Part shown: one piece after another, positions 24,245-37,565 of the stretch
Layout: the number at the start of each line of letters is the position of its first letter
Position numbering within the stretch: the first letter of the stretch is position 1
Source: Antedon mediterranea
Taxonomy: Eukaryota; Animalia; Echinodermata
Direction of reading: 5' to 3'
DNA length: 64,000 nt
NCBI RefSeq assembly: GCF_964355755.1
Contig: NC_092679.1
Span: 11,391,432 to 11,455,431 of the forward strand
Notes under the pieces: model-generated
Told to the model about the DNA's origin: nothing
Seen by the model: only the letters and a program-made list of their open reading frames with translations
The model's database searches: none
Made by a program: the position numbers and the translations under genes

Positions 24245-26725
24245 GTAAATTGGAATGGTATTACCGCCAGTGGCGACGTAAGTCAGAGTGCCAAACTTCT
24301 CGAAACTACTCTAACCAACATTTTAGATAAACATGCTCCTTGGAAAAAACACAGGGTACGTAAAAAAAACAGCTCCTTGGCTCTCTGGTGATGTAATTGA
24401 AAATATGAGAGAAAGAGATAAACTCAAAAGAGAATGTAAACATTCTAAAAATGAATCACTCTGGAAAAGGTACAGAAAGTATAAAAATATGTGCAATAAA
24501 TTAATACGTAAAAGTAAAGCTAATTTTATTCAAGAAAGTATAAAAGAAAATAAAAACGATGTAAAAAAAACATGGGATACCATAAGATATTATATCGTCA
24601 AAAAAGAAAACTCAAACTATTCAAACAATTTGCAATGATAATGGCGATGTCCTCTATAAAGCCAAGGACATCGCAAATGAAATTAATACATTTTTCTCAA
24701 ATATAGGTTTAAATCTTGCATCACAAATACATGAGCCGATAAATGATATAAATTATGATGAAATCGATGCTTTCACCGAAAATAATTTTGAATTTGAACA
24801 CATCACATGTGAATTTGTATATAAATACTTAAATAATCTTTCAAAAAACAAAGCCACTGGTCATGATAACTTACCACCGGGCATTCTAAAACTGTCTGCC
24901 CCGATTATATCCCCAACAATTACAAGAATCATAAATCACTCCTTCACAACATGTAAATTCCCAAATACGTGGAAAATAGCAAAGGTCACGCCAATTTTTA
25001 AGAATGGTGAAAAAACTAACCCTAATAATTATCGTCCCATTTCCGTCCTACCTATACTTTCAAAAATAATTGAACGAGTCGTTTTTAATCAACTTTATGC
25101 TTTTTTGAATAATAATAATCTGTTATGTATAAATCAATCAGGTTTTCGACAATCATACTCAACATCTACTGCACTTACAAAAGTGACGGCAGACTGGTAT
25201 AGTGCAATAGACGAGGGTAAGCTGGTCGGAATCTGTTTACTAGATTTTAAAAAGGCCTTTGATACGGTAAACCATAACATACTATTAAGCAAATTGAGAC
25301 TTTATGGTTTAAGTAAATATGTTTTAAAATGGTTCGAGAGCTATCTGTCTGAGCGAAAGCAATTCACAAATGTAAATAATACATTGTCTGACTATACACA
25401 CATCCAATGTGGAGTGCCTCAGGGGTCAATCGTGGGCCCACTTGCTTTCCTCTTATATATAAATGACCTATCGAAAGTTGCAAACAAATGTAAAATAAGT
25501 ATGTATGCTGACGATACTATAATTTATTGTTCTTCAAAAAATGAAAATGAAATATACCAAAGTATAAATGAAGAACTTATACAAATCGACGATTGGCTAA
25601 AAAATAATAAATTGAGTCTAAATGTCTCTAAATCCGAGTTCATGTTGATCGGATCGACAAACCGATTGGCAACCACCAAAGAAAAAAATAGATCAGTTAA
25701 TATAGATAACGATGTTGTACCACGCGTTCGATTTTGCAAACATCTCGGTATCATAATAGACGAACATTTATCATGGAAAAATCAGATTGAATACATTCGA
25801 GGTAAAGCTCTAAATGGATTGGGTATGCTTAGACGATGTAGCTATTATTTTCCACAAAACATATTAAAACATATTGCAAACTCTATTGTAATACCTTACT
25901 TGAGCTATTGTAACATAATTTGGGGAAATAGTAGTCAAACTCTAATGAAAAGAGTTCAAACTATCCAAAACAGAACAGCTCGAATCGTGTGTGGTCTAAC
26001 ATGGGACACACCTAGTAGTGAGGCACTAAGGCAAATTAATTGGTCACCTTTATTTTATCAAGATAGATATGAATGTTGTATGGTTATATATAAGGTTTTG
26101 ACAGATAATGCCCCACCTTACCTAAATAATGTATTTACATTCAATGATATAAATTATAATCTAAGGCACAGTGATACACATCTATTCATCCCAAAGCCAA
26201 AAACCGATTTTAAAAAACGAAGTCTGTCTTATCGTGGAGCAATTATATGGAATAGTCTCAATGTTGATACCCTTCCAAATTCAGTTAAGTTGTTTAAAAC
26301 GTATCTGAAAAATGCATTGTAAACAAAATGGTATGGTAATCTACGATCTAGGCCTACATCCAACTTTTAAAATGGCTAAATACTATGTAAAATGTGTGTT
26401 TTATCACTATTATTTTAAGGTAAATGAAATCCAAAAGATTTATTATGTATTACAGTTGAATCCCCATGAATTATACACTTCGATAAGGGTTTCCGTTTAC
26501 ACGGGAAGTACCGGTATGGTGTACCCTAAAAAGAGGTGTCAGATGAAGGGGATTCTGCTGTAATTTTGTTTCTTTTCAATTTCAATTTTTTTCGTTTCTG
26601 TTGTATTTATATGGTGTTGATTTCTTTTTGTTTTGTAATACAGTATCACGAACTTGTGTAAAAACAATCAATATTGATTGAACGAGTTGTACTGCACATC
26701 AGTCTCGTGTCTAAATAAAGTTTAT
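24245..26725 (+). mobile_element. 5'-truncated CR1/L2-group (Crack/Daphne-like) LINE with RT domain
   Basis: APWLS..RERDKLK (24333..24638), then a frameshift, then a frame that appears open from about 24640 to 26322 with NYRPISVLP, LDFKKAFDTV, GVPQGSIVGP and YADD. 3' UTR ends in AATAAA at about 26714. Confidence 0.9.
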
Positions 26726-26854
26726 ATATATATCATCAAGACAGAATGATTTAAGCAAAAACTTATGTCCTGCCTTGGCTAGCAAAATGTAAAAACCGCT
26801 GTGTGGTTGAAGGCCTAGCAAACTATACCTCTAACTCCTTCTCCAGAATTGTAT

Positions 26855-27254
26855 TGTAACGTTTCCCTGCCTCGTTGTTAGCGGGTTCGGCGTCGGTGTT
26901 ATTCCGACGAAGATAAGTTAAGTAAGTACAGTAATATGACGTACAGAAGCACAAATTACAATCTGTTACGAATTCAGGAGGTGTTTTATTCTTTTCACAA
27001 CTGCTGATACAGTACACAATAGAAATGATATTCGTATGCCCTACCTAATAATTGCGTGTAACTTCAGGTACAAAGTAATTCCTAGTATGGATTGGATCAG
27101 AAAATTTTAAGCCTATGACTCTTCCTGTTCAAGGTTGGAGCTCCACTCCTCACATGTGGGTTTCTTCCTCCTCAGATTACAAATCCACCCACCAATCAGA
27201 AGCCTTCTAAGAGGACTATTCCATAACAATAAGAGGGGTATCAAAATCGTTACA
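26855..27254 (-). mobile_element. 3' LTR of a Gypsy-type LTR retrotransposon
   Basis: TGTAACG...CGTTACA termini (400 bp). Polypurine tract GGGAGCGGGG on the minus strand at about 27258-27267, just upstream. AATAAA on the minus strand at about 26984. Confidence 0.7.
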
Positions 27255-27972
27255 CTGCCCCGCTCCCAGAACGATTCGTCCCCTGAATCGTCAATAAAAA
27301 AAATAAAACGAAATCAAACAAACAAAACTTAGACAGAGGGTCTACTATGCCTCTGCCGCATTCCTTAAGGGATTAAAAAAAAACAACTAGCTAATCCAAC
27401 AAGTATTCTTCTGTCACTTCAATTCCTCCACTAGGCTAACACTTCCGTCTCGGTAATGTGTGAGTTTCTTCTTTTTGATTACTTTAATCTTGGAGAAACC
27501 GTGCAGGACGGTTCCTCTGTCGCCTTTTCGGATAGCGGGATGAGTTATCTGGTTCGGGTTCTGCCGAGCCTGACGAGTCTGGTACCTCAGGGATAATAGA
27601 TGTGTGCCCTGTATTTGCATTTGGATCTGGTTCTGTATCGACATTCCCTCCCCCCGGTGTAGCCCAGCACGTTCCTGTAACGTTTCCCTCATAGAACTTG
27701 AGGAGGTCGAAGTGAACTACCCGGTACTTCCCTTTGGGACTTAGCTGGATCCGGTACGTTACTTCCGACATCTTTTTGCAGATCAGGTACGGACCACGCC
27801 AACGACTCTCCAGTTTTGGAGAGACTCCTTTTCTCTTGGTTTTGTCGTACATGAGTACAAAACTTCCCTCGTTCAAGGAAGGTCCACCTGCCAATCGGTC
27901 ATATAACCGCTTCTGCCTCCGGGCGCTCTTCTTCAATGCTTCTCGCGCACGTACAGCATCAAATCTGCGCAC
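27255..27972 (-). mobile_element. Gypsy integrase C-terminal (GPY/F module) fragment and 3' untranslated region
   Basis: ORF 27484..27972: RQKRLYD..KLESRWRGPYLI..VTYRIQ..VVHFDLLK..RYPKR.R.RPARF. Confidence 0.85.
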
Positions 27973-28130
27973 TCATGGCAATTTTTGAAACGCTTAAAAT
28001 TGCCTGAAACGTACTCTAATAAATAGTGCTAAGGAAAGAATAAATAAATAAATAAATAAATAAAGAAATAAATAAAGATTGTGACAGAATCAAGAGGTTA
28101 TATGCATGATAATGCATTATAACCTAATTA
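27973..28130 (+). mobile_element. 3' end of a DINE-1/Helentron-associated-like element: (AAAT)n microsatellite plus terminal hairpin
   Basis: (AAAT)n at 28039-28075, followed by the hairpin aggttatatgcat-gata-atgcattataacct. Confidence 0.4.
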
Positions 28131-28427
28131 CTGTGAAATACAACAGCGCCACCTGTTGTCTTGCCTTTATTTTGTATGTAAACACCACCACGATATGCAG
28201 TAGTAGCAGCAGATTTTTGTGTACGCTTTGGAGATATAGGCCTATAGGTATAGATACTAATTTAATTCAAAAGGGCATTTAAATTAGCTTTAGATCGTTT
28301 TAGAATTTTGATTAATTAATGGGAACATCTCTACAAGACATGGAATCGTTGGAAAAAACATAATTAGTCTGGATTAATTCCAGTTTCCCGTCGAATTTTC
28401 ATATTGGGACTATTGCTTTCTTTCAGC

Positions 28428-30447
28428 GATGCTAGTCAAGTCGCCCCATCGCAAAGTCGCCCCATACAAAGTCGCCCCTTACACAGTCGCCCCATCGCAA
28501 AGTCGCCCCGACACAGTCGCCCCATCGCAAAGTCGCCCCATCGCAAAGTCGCCCCAACGCAAAGTCGCCCCATCGCAAAGTCGCCCTAACACAAAGTCGC
28601 CCCATCGCAAAGTCGCCCCAAAACGTTAAAAAAATAGTTTAAAAGTGCGTAAAATGTCGCAATGATACACAAAATAACACGGAACGTGTAGGCATAAAAG
28701 GGGAAGCCCCGCCATGTAGTCTCAGGTCACACGATCATCCCCCATCATCATGAGAGGAAACCCCGTAATTACTCCGCCGTTGTCGCACTACAAACAACGC
28801 ACCATCTGAAGATGGGGAAACCCCGCCGGAGTTTTACGATATCAGTCGCGTTCGAAATCGGTCGCGTTTAATTTTGGTCGCGATAAAATGATGTTATACG
28901 ATCTAGATTATTTTTACTTTGGTCGATAAATATTTATTATTATTAGGCCTATATTATATTAATAATTGATTTTTGTTTTTATTTTACAGGTCTATGATGA
29001 GAAAGATGTGTGCCTTAAAAAATGACAATTTGTAAACATAGTTTAAGATTATAGTATTATTCAGCATAATGTCATTTAACAGTACATAATTATTTAAATG
29101 TGAAATATTTTATTGGGAACGTAGGCTACGTCTGTAACTTTTATTTTATATGCAACAAATTACGTAAAACAATTTATTTATAAACATTCAGTTTACTAAT
29201 AGTATTACAATGAACATTGATTATAAGCCTGGAAAGGCAATCCCATCATTATATCCATTATAAAATTGCATCATATCACCACTATATGTCGTAAATGATG
29301 ACGTGTGTGTATGTATTCGTCGTACGTCCGTGTACGTATTATTCCGTGCATCTTCACTGTCTTGTTTAATTTGAAATTAAATAAACACCCGATATGAGGA
29401 TATTTATTAGGCATGAGATAATTAGAATGTTCTATAACCAAAAGGGTTGAAAAGAATTTCTTCAGTAAAATGATCATTCTGCTGTTGAATAAAAAGCGAC
29501 TCGCAATCTGAAACATTCTCTGAAACCAATCGGAGCTGCGCCTTCTGGTATCTGTTTCCTCACAGCTGCTACGACGTCTTTCTGCTGCCCGTCGGGGATT
29601 CCCCTTTTTAAAAAACACGCACAAGATACGATGGTTTTCCATGGTCAAAATGTAGCGTACGATCATATCGGCGCGGCGATGAAATCCTTTTTTTTTATTT
29701 CTTCATTTTGAAAAGTCATAATAAAATTAAATAACAATAGACACATAACTTGTCAATAAATGCAAAGTGATCAATAAGTAGCCTATAACACTATTGTCTT
29801 ACAACTACTGTAAATCTATACGAAGGCCTACTACACATTTATACACTTATTATATTATCATAAAAAATGAGCTGGTAGGTTGAATAAAGATTCGTAATTG
29901 TGGCTCTGGTAACTAATTTTAAAATCATATTAAATTAACATTTTCGAAACTATAAATCAGGGATAATCTTTTTAGAACTTTCAAACAAGGAAGGGACTGT
30001 TTTTTTAATGATTTCTAAAAAGCACATCACTCCATTAAAACCTGTAAAATAAAAATAAAAATACAAATTATGTATATAATAGGATAAACATTATAATGTA
30101 AGCCTAGGCCTATACGACATTTAGCGCGACCAAAGTAACAACGCAATCGATATCAAACGCAACCGATATGATTAAAACAGCGTACTACTAGTATTAGTAA
30201 TAGCGGCGGCGCTTCATAGTCATACCGAAATAAAACCGTGGGCGACTTTGCGATAGGGCGACTTTGCGATAGGGCGACTTTGCGATGGGGCGACTTTGCG
30301 ATGGGGCGACTTTGTAATGGGGCGACTTTGCGATGGGGCGACTGTGCCGGGGCGACTTTGTTTTGGGGCGACTTTGCGATGGGGCGACTTTGTATTGGGC
30401 GACTTTGTATGGGGCGACTTTGCGATGGGGCGACTTGACTGGATCCC
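28428..30447. mobile_element. MULE/Foldback-like non-autonomous element with tandem 16-17-bp subterminal repeats
   Basis: Left agtcaagtcgccccatcgcaaagtcgcc.. (about 11 units, to 28620) mirrors right ..ggcgactttgcgatggggcgacttgact (30239-30440). No transposase ORF and no clear TSD. Confidence 0.8.
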
Positions 30448-30679
30448 GTCTAGGATAGTAGTAGGCCTAGGCCTGTTAGTATTAATTTGGCTGGGCCTAG
30501 GCGTTTTAGCCTTGCTATGCCTAGGATTGTTTGGTCGTTTGTTAACATAATTAGCACAGTAATTAAATAATAATATCGAATATAATTATTAAAAAACAAA
30601 TGTTACTGTTAATATGTAATAAAAAATGTAGGCCTTGGGTTATAGCGTACCTTTTATTTGATTCAAATGAAAGGAATCT

Positions 30680-30891
30680 ATTTAGATGTTATATAAAACA
30701 TATAATGAATGTTTTATGTTTGTGTAATGGTACAATTTACAAATGAGTGTAATGGTACAAATAATGGAATTTGGTGAATGATGAAAGGTTAAATATCAAC
30801 TCGGCGTTGCCTCGTTGATATATAACCTTTCATCATTCACCTCATGCCATTTTTTGTACCATTACACTCATAAACATTCATTATTTGTATA
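30680..30891 (+). repeat. Long palindrome, 3' end of the hairpin-family element whose upstream part lies at 28135-28427
   Basis: ggtgaatgatgaaaggtta..tatcaac-tcggcgttgcctc-gttgatatataacctttcatcattcacc with extended arms. Nearly the same as 60180-60362. Confidence 0.7.
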
Positions 30892-31449
30892 TTATTTTAT
30901 AATAATTAGCCGAAGTTGATAGTTGATTTACTGTCAGAGAGATCGACGTACGCTACAGGGTACGAATTATTCGCGATCTATTAAAAAAAACTATTCATTC
31001 ATGTAGGCCTACATTACTATACAAAAACCATCCCATTTTCGTTTAGCCAACATCTTATTATAGCTACGTTATTACATTTCAAATGTCATGTTCATCGTAC
31101 ATCGAAAGTCCAGATGGTACGCACGCATATACATGAAATATACTGATTTCCCCGACGGAAAATAGTAGACCATTTTTTTTTTTAAATTGAAAAAAGTGAA
31201 CATAAATCGTAACCTCTTGCTACAGCGTAAAGTACGTCGATACACAGTACACGACGTAACGCGTCGGTAAACTTCGCCTGGAAAGTAACTACAGTACACA
31301 TTACACAGTACACCGCCACCACTGAGAATAATTGCGCGCATTCGATTAATTGATTTTGGAACGAAACAAAGTTTCGTTCATCATTTCACTTGTGATAATT
31401 TTCCTTAATCATTTAATATTGTTCAAAATTAAAAATTTTTAATATAGTA

Positions 31450-31880
31450 TATTAACAAATAGTTATATCTACCAGCTTAAATTTTAACTTATATATATCT
31501 CTTCAAAAATGTACTTCCATCGCGAAACCAGTCATAACAATAACATTCGCGGCGAAAGTACAAAATAGGAATTTTATTTTATATTATATTTATTCTTTAT
31601 ACAATTTGTTGTTTAAAAAAAAAATAATTTATCAAAGTATACGGTACCATGTACGTGTCTTTTTATATGCATTTAAAATTTTTAAAATTAACTTCGGCAC
31701 TTTTATCAGGAAATAGTGCGCTTTTATTACACATGGGCCTACTCCTCCCATGCGAATTTTATATAACCACATATTAAGGCAAAACAAGAAAAAAGACCGC
31801 ACAGATAACTGTTAGTAGAACTTAATAATATTAACCAACGCTACATGAAACAAAATCAACCAATCAGATGACAAGGATGA
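31450..31880 (-). mobile_element. Inverted degenerate copy of the hairpin-family element
   Basis: 31501-31567 is the reverse complement of 555-623. ccaatcagatgacaagga at about 31860 mirrors tcctgtcatttgattgg at 384. Confidence 0.45.
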
Positions 31881-32211
31881 TATCCTAGATGTGTTAAAAA
31901 GTCATAATAATAGATTTCCTTATATAATAGTCTTTGTTGTTAAAAATTCACCAAACATGGTAAATAATTTTTTTCCAATTCATTCTATGGCATTTTATCG
32001 TTTGGTCACGGAGCAATATTTTGTTGCCTCGTTGTTTGATCGAACTTCTTCAAGTATTCCTTTGTTTACAAAAGAATGGATCAATACATAGTATTAAATT
32101 ATTATTACTAGCCGGTCGACAGACAATAAGTCTGTTAATTCAGATGACACATTCAACGCGTTTAATTTGACATGTTGTTGTTTTCATTCACGAACATATT
32201 GATTTACAACA

Positions 32212-35200
32212 ATGAAGACTAGACATCGGCTAGCTTGCGTTACGATTATGTCACCGTTTCTGTTGTATTTATGGTAGGCCTAAGTCAAAACTGTATGTAT
32301 TCTTAAGTATAAATCTTTAGTTTGTCTTGCTTGAAAATAAGTTCTGTGTTTTTAATGAATCTGTTGATTTTAACTACTCAATTTTCGCACGGTTGGGGCC
32401 TAGGCCTATGGTTTGTCTATGAATCTAGTATCTTGTTCGCTTCTTGTCGGAAAATTGTAACCTCACAGAGAGCCCAGGTATGATCAGTTTCTGTGTGTGT
32501 ACTACTCGAAATATGAGCTAAATGTGTACACTGTACCTACGGTTTATTAGTCCTTATCCGAGAAGACTTGGTTTACCACCAGAACCATGGAGCGAGTGTT
32601 ACCATCGAATCCTTGCCGAATGGCTACGTGATTATCTATAGATAAAGGATACGTGTTACATTTTTTGTATAGTTTCTTGTTACTATACTAAGTATTTTAT
32701 GTAGGTATTTGATTTTTGCAATTCTGCGAAGTTGCTTTCTGTGATATGTATTTATTTATATATTTTATTCTTTGTGCATGAATTTTAAGTTAGTATTGGT
32801 TTTACTAACGAGTTGTACAGTCAATGTTTTATCTTAAATTTTATTTTATATGTTTCGTATTCCAAAGTAGTGGTAATCTGTTCTTAGTTCTTGTTTATAT
32901 TTGCTTTCTTTTTTTCATGTCTTCCTTCTTTTGACGTATCTGCTCTCCGTTTTATTAAGTACATTTAATTTTTTCTTTAAGGTTTTGCCAAATGTTCTAC
33001 GGTTTGGTCGATATTTTGTTTTTTGTTCAGACTGACAAAATCGACATTGTCTGCGTAGGCTATTTCAGTTGAAATTCGATTAATATTGTCGATGTATGAT
33101 GTATCTGATTTGTACCATACCACTCATAAACCTTCATTATCGACAATAAACGGCTTGGTAAACTAGTCAACTGTACTTAATTATAGGGTTCCTTATCGCA
33201 CTTTTACAAGAAGTATATTTTATATAGGGCTTAATATACTATTTTTTATCATTGATATTATGTATTTAGGTGGTGGAAAAAATACGAACTAAGTATCTAC
33301 AATGGTGTGCAGAATTTTGGTAATCCATTATTGCCTAATCAAGAATTACAGAAATTAGTCAGTGAATCAAGCAAAACAAAAAACCCAGAACTAATAGGTT
33401 ATCAAAAAACCGTCGAAAAACTCAAGTATATTATGAATGTTTCAATTGATAATGAAAGTACTCACCACGTATCTACTATATTTAATACAACTTGGCAACA
33501 AAACATATCCAATCTGCAGGATATAAGGTAAACAGAAACTATTTTTTAATTAATGTCACAGTAGTTAATTAATTAACAGCCAAATTATATTAACGATGAA
33601 TTTTTTTATTTTTAAAAATTTTTATTTTATTCAGTTGTCAACAGCGATGAAACCGCCACTAACAGGTTGAATCTAAATATAACGACAATAAATTAACTTT
33701 CGGCTGTTGTATGAAACTGTTCCAGCTACCATTTTTCTTTTTTATCTAAAATACTAAAGTAGCTTTTATATCCGAAGCCATAGTGGTAATTATTTATGAT
33801 AACATGTGGTAGGAATTTATTTATGGAGTAGTGATAAACTGTTGCGTACAATATGAACATATTGTGCGACGATTTCTCTCTGCAGCATTGATATTGTATT
33901 ATTGATTTATGTCTTAATGACTTTAGCTCAGTCCTGTACATCAAACAATTGCTGTCATGACAACGTCGATATCACCACTCTTGTATTTATTGTACAACAG
34001 CTATTATTAGTCCTATATTGTTTAACAACATGATTGCATTAAAAAAAATATTATAGGGCCGTTATTTTCAGTTAAAAAAAATTGGTTTGTTGGTATTCAA
34101 AGAATGATTAAGATCTATTGGTCATTTAGTCTAATTTATTTCAAATTAGTATTATTTTTTACATTTTAGGTCTGATTTGAAGAAATATGTACACACAGGA
34201 ATGATTCTTAACCAGAAACAAGTTAGAACATCTCAAAGATTTGATTATTTGCTAATGTCAGGAGGTATAGGTATCAGGGAGAAGTTCCACAGAACGTTGC
34301 CAAAAGTATATTTATTTTAAATGTATTTTGCTAATCAGTTTTAATTTGATATAAAACTCTCTAGATATATAATGTTTGTTGAATGCAGGGTTATAACCTC
34401 GTTTATTACAGCATTATACAGTATGTGCCCATACATACCATGCACTCCTATTCATTTTCATTGAAAGTCCCGATGCTTGATAACGTTGTAAATACTAATC
34501 TCTAATATTTGTTAACATTTTAGCAAAATGGCTTTGAAACAGATTCTTTGAACTAATTCATTTTCAACTCTAATGTTATGAATATGATACATACAATATT
34601 GTACTGAGAAAAATAAAAATGATCATACTTTACAGTATTCTCTCGAAAAGAATGTATACAAGAGATGTTCTATTGTTGGTAATGGAGGAATATTAAATAG
34701 AAGTAAATGTGGCAAAGAAATAGATAAAGCTGATTTCGTTATTAGGTTTGTAGTATTCAATTATCATTTATTACAGCACATTAATCATGTTATCATCATC
34801 ATCGTCATCATTATCTCAGCTTGTCTGTTTTGTGTTGTTTTATGAATTAATCCTACACGCCTTCAAATTGAATTTTTGTCTTACTCAGTCTGTCATTGGA
34901 AAATCAAAATTGTGGCATTGAAGGACAAATGCGTGACATACTGTATTATGCCCCTATATTGAATTAATAAAGTTCGAAATATTTAATCAAATGTCTTGCC
35001 TCCTCACCCTTTTTCGAAGTTGATTATTATGGTGACATATTCTTCTACAAAATTTAAAATCGTTTGTAATAGTTATTCAAATATAAAATTTTCACAAATA
35101 ATGTGTGAACCAACCGTAATTAAATTGTATTGAATTATTCTTTTCCTTCTTTTTAGATGTAATGCACCACCAATCGATCAATTCAGAGAAGACGCAGGTG

Positions 35201-36387
35201 TTAAAAGTAATTTAACTACAGTTAACCCTTCTATTATTAAGGACAGGTAGATATTTAAAATCATATCAAATCAAATTTATTATCACCAATAAAACCATAT
35301 ATTTTTTTCACTAACTGTATTTAACTAAATAATTTAAAAACAAATATCTGATTTTAAAATAATTTTTTTTCTGGCATCAACAACCATAGGATCATACAGA
35401 GCTTTCTTAATGTTGAAATTATACTTTCATTTCACCCTAATCACATTTAACGTTTTTTGTTTAAGTTCTTATTTAATAAAATAATTACTCTATTTATTTA
35501 GATTTGGTAACGCAAAGAAAATTGATCAACAATCCAAGTTAATAAATAAAATGAAAGAATACACCAACTATATTTTCTTTCCAAGTTTTGCTTCTGATTG
35601 GATCTATGGCTTGAGCATTAGATTAAATGATTTACTGAACAGTAAATTGAGATCTGCAAAATTGGTACATGGAAATCCGAATCATTTCAAAGCAATTAGA
35701 GCATATTGGTCTAATAAGGGTATACATACATTTCTATCAACAGGTTAGTAGGCTACTCTACTTTTTCTTTCCACTAAATAAAAAAGGCAACCAAACAAAT
35801 AGCTTTATAATGGGAAAATGTTGATTTTGCCCATTACGCCAATCTAAAATAATCTATTAGGAACTTTAGTCTGCAACATCCAAACTTTGCCAGTTGACAA
35901 ACTTCGACACAAACTGCAGAAAACGTTACTGCATGGAGGAAGGTACGATGTACCTCCTGACAAATCCTGACGAATCAAATCAGTGATATTGAAAATAGAC
36001 AAAATGATAACCTCCAGTAACAGGAACTGTGTGTAGGCATGACAAATTCATAGGTTTGGTCAATATGTTTGCTAGAGTAGAAGACTTATCATGTTACTTG
36101 TGTATTTCATGGTCCTCTTTAACATTTTTAAAGTTCTAACTTTTCTGTTATGTCTTTTAGGTTTTTACTTAACAACTTCGTCCCTATTGTTTTGCAATGA
36201 GATTCATCTTTATGGATTTTGGCCGTTCTTTACTGATATACACAACCGTCCAACCCCATACCATTACTTTGAAAATGTGGAATTAAAAAGAAGTCGCCAT
36301 GCATTTGACAAAGAATTTAATGAACTTGCCAAACTACACAGTGATGGTGTTCTACAACTTCATGTCGACGATTGCAGTGTTGGCTGA
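32212..36387 (+). CDS. Alpha-2,8-sialyltransferase-like protein (GT29, ST8Sia family), 7 exons, 374 aa
   Basis: Exons 32212-32273, 33270-33527, 34170-34305, 34636-34745, 35157-35246, 35502-35743, 36161-36387. All introns are GT-AG with consistent phases, 1125 nt in total. N-terminal signal anchor LACVTIMSPFLLYLWWW; sialylmotif L [43 protein letters not shown]; motif S LSTGFYL..FCNEIHLYGFWPF; motif III YHYFE; VS HAFDKE; ST8-type C-terminal Cys. Confidence 0.92.
32458..32635 (-). mobile_element. Degenerate fragment of the Deu/Nin-domain SINE family
   Basis: gagctaaatgtgtacactgtacctacggtttattagtccttatccgagaagact..accaccagaaccatggag matches 41405-41482. Confidence 0.65.
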
Positions 36388-36657
36388 TGTTAAATTTTTA
36401 ACTTTAAATAGATTGTAAATTGGCATTGAGTCTAATTTGTAATTTAGTTAGTTTTGTCATACAATGAAAGGTGGAGCAGATTATTATAATATGCAAGCAA
36501 ATAAACTTATTTAACAATTTGAAGATACGATGCGCAACCTGTATAATCTACGCAAGCATAACCCTACCAACGTAGACCCACAAGACTATGTTCCATAATC
36601 TATGATAGGTATTTATGAGTGATAAATAAAATATGTTGATATAGGACTGTTTTGCGA

Positions 36658-37565
36658 ATCGATTGATTGATTGATTGAATTTATTTGATGCTCAACATTA
36701 AAATAACAAACAGACAAAAGACAAAATAACGAGCGTCAGGAACACCCATTAGGCCGGAAAAACCAGCCCATTTCCAATGGGGTCCAAATTGCACATAACA
36801 AACAAGAGAAAATACAACATTTATAAAAAAAAAAATATATATATATATACTTTACAATAAAGCCCAGTAAAACAGAAAAATAAAAAGAGAAAGCAAACAA
36901 GTAATGAGAAAAATTGCACGTTATCAAGACCATTATAGTTATCAAAATTATTCTAAATATAAAATATTGCGTTCAAAATGTTTTTTAATATGAGATTTGA
37001 AGGTAGTTAAGTTGGAAATTAATTTTAAGTTTGATGGAAGAGCGTTCCAGTCTTTGATATCAGAGAAGAAAAAAGTAGAATGAGACTGTTTATTTCCTTT
37101 AAGTAGAGGTAAAATCAGATTAACATTACGTTGGCGTGTGTTATGTGTGTGGATTGTGGATGTCCGTGAGAAATGTTCAGATAGATATTGAGCTGCATTG
37201 TTATTGACAATTTTATGAACATTACAAAGCCTGAGAAATTTTACTCTACTTTCCACCTTAAGCATGCCAATGTCTGATAACTCCTTCTGACCAATATGAG
37301 ATCGTGGTCCGAAACCGTAAATAAAACGCACAAATTTGTTCTGAGTGGTCTGTAGTTTTTGCTTCAAAACTTTGTCAATACCTTCATACCAAGTCGAAGC
37401 ACAATAATCAAACAAGCATTGAATTAAGGCAGAGCATAACAGTTTTTTTCGTATTTTTGTCTAAGCAACTAGCCTGACGATATAAATACCTTAATCTACT
37501 ATTCGCCTTTTTTATTACACTTTTGGCGATGTTGTTACAAGAGGCAGAACTATCAAGTTCTATAC
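36658..37565 (-). mobile_element. 3' fragment of a CR1/L2-group LINE with (AATC)n tail
   Basis: ORF 36948..37415 (FDYCASTW..KLQTTQNK.VRFI..HTHNTR..KDWNALP..FKSHIKK). (GATT)n at 36661-36677 next to a minus-strand AATAAA. Confidence 0.85.
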
